Source of the DNA: a virus
DNA length: 64,000 bases
Virus record (IMG/VR): IMGVR_UViG_3300022752_000054
Span: 1-64,000 of that record
Direction: 5' to 3' (one strand)
Shown here: positions 63,317-64,000 of the stretch, piece after piece
How the letters are laid out: every line of letters starts with the position of its first letter
Position numbering within the stretch: position 1 is the stretch's first letter
Notes under the pieces: model-generated
Told to the model about the DNA's origin: nothing
The model's input: only the letters and a program-made list of their open reading frames with translations
Database searches by the model: none
Made by a program: the position numbers and the translations under genes

Positions 63317-64000
63317 TCAGTCGTTGTAGCTGATGACTCCCTTCTCGTAGAGTCCCTTCTTCTCGAGGCCGAGGATGAAGGTCTTGCCGGAGCAACCGAA
63401 CCGGTTCTTCTGCACCTCGAAGAGGCGCTCACCGAAGGTCTCAGAGTTCTTCTTGTCGTCGATGTAGAGGTGGGCGTGGGCATCCACCGTGTGCTTGATC
63501 TGTTGCTTGCCGGCGAACTCGCCACCCTTGGTGACCTGGCCGATGATGATGGCCACACCGAACGTCTCCTTGCACCAGTTGGTGATCATCTCCGTGGCGC
63601 GAACCTGGCTCATCGAGTTGGTGAAGCCGTCCTTGTACTTGCCGTCGTCCAGCGTCTGGAGCGAATCAACGACGATGAAGACCTGCTTACCGGGGTTCTT
63701 CTTGCGCAGCTCATCGCCGTGTTTGAGGATGTCCGAGACGAGAGTGTCCTGGCCGGCGACGAAGCCGTTCTTCATCTCGAGGCGTTTGGCCACCTTACGA
63801 ACCTGGAAGAGCGACTCCTCGCCGGTGTTGAAGAGGCAGATGTTGCCGGCGCCAGTGATGGCATCCGCGAGCTGAAGGCTGAGCGTCGTCTTGCCGGCGC
63901 CGGGGGTACCGGTGAAGAGGAGGGCCGTGGAAGGCGTCATGCCCTCACCACCCATGGCATCGTCGAAGAACTTGACGCCGGTGCGAACCGTGCGCTCGAG
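63317..64000 (-). CDS. radA: RadA/Sms-like RecA-family ATPase (N-terminus runs off the window)
   Basis: RTG...D.AMGG.G; GTPGAGKTTL; TGEES; VVDSLQT; IGQVTKGGEFAG; HTVD; KNRFG. Confidence 0.85.
   Translation of the reverse strand, partial: LERTVRTGVKFFDDAMGGEGMTPSTALLFTGTPGAGKTTLSLQLADAITGAGNICLFNTGEESLFQVRKVAKRLEMKNGFVAGQDTLVSDILKHGDELRKKNPGKQVFIVVDSLQTLDDGKYKDGFTNSMSQVRATEMITNWCKETFGVAIIIGQVTKGGEFAGKQQIKHTVDAHAHLYIDDKKNSETFGERLFEVQKNRFGCSGKTFILGLEKKGLYEKGVISYND

Noticed and set aside
1-64000. Genome-wide stop-codon reassignment (prompted by the in-frame TGA at 17544)
   Set aside because: Conserved genes end at expected positions with TGA, TAA and TAG, many ATGA/GTGA overlaps use TGA as stop, and no suppressor tRNA was found. 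The single TGA is better explained locally.
1-64000. Cellular chromosome or eukaryotic giant virus origin
   Set aside because: Housekeeping-like genes are isolated among hypothetical and virion-type genes with phage-specific promoters. SD sites, TilS, IF-1, lipoproteins and intrinsic terminators indicate a bacterial host.

Overview
This window is a 64-kb slice of a very large tailed-phage (jumbo/huge phage) genome in the standard genetic code. The host is probably a myxobacterium (Myxococcota); this is inferred from a Cys-rich PilY1 and a Gly/Thr-rich lipoprotein. Layout: (1) 1-12,020 is a dense array of ~33 small paralogous 'MKxGDLV' beta-barrel-like ORFs, in DNA nearly devoid of GAC/GTC and strongly depleted of GC dinucleotides. 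(2) 12-31 kb holds virion fibre/LamG-type genes, an intron-split tRNA(CAT), PilY1, TilS, TrmH and ClpP. (3) 31-45 kb holds a yeaH-spoVR-prkA operon, Fpg, GroEL and IF-1. (4) About 20 scattered ORFs share an N-terminal 'MK(I/L)xLxELRxIIREE' leader fused to unrelated bodies (GNAT-like, ADP-ribosyltransferase-like, HTH); this looks like a capsid-loading tag for injected effectors. (5) 51-64 kb is a GC-richer region with a possible origin/terminus at ~53.3 kb, a MoxR-type AAA+/vWA pair, RadA, and ten tRNAs interleaved with endonucleases, including an unusual Ser(AGA). Two promoter classes are visible: GTGHAA-N18-TAnnnT, mostly giving leaderless mRNAs, and a T4-late-like ATANTTA. All calls were made by eye from motifs; no database search was run.
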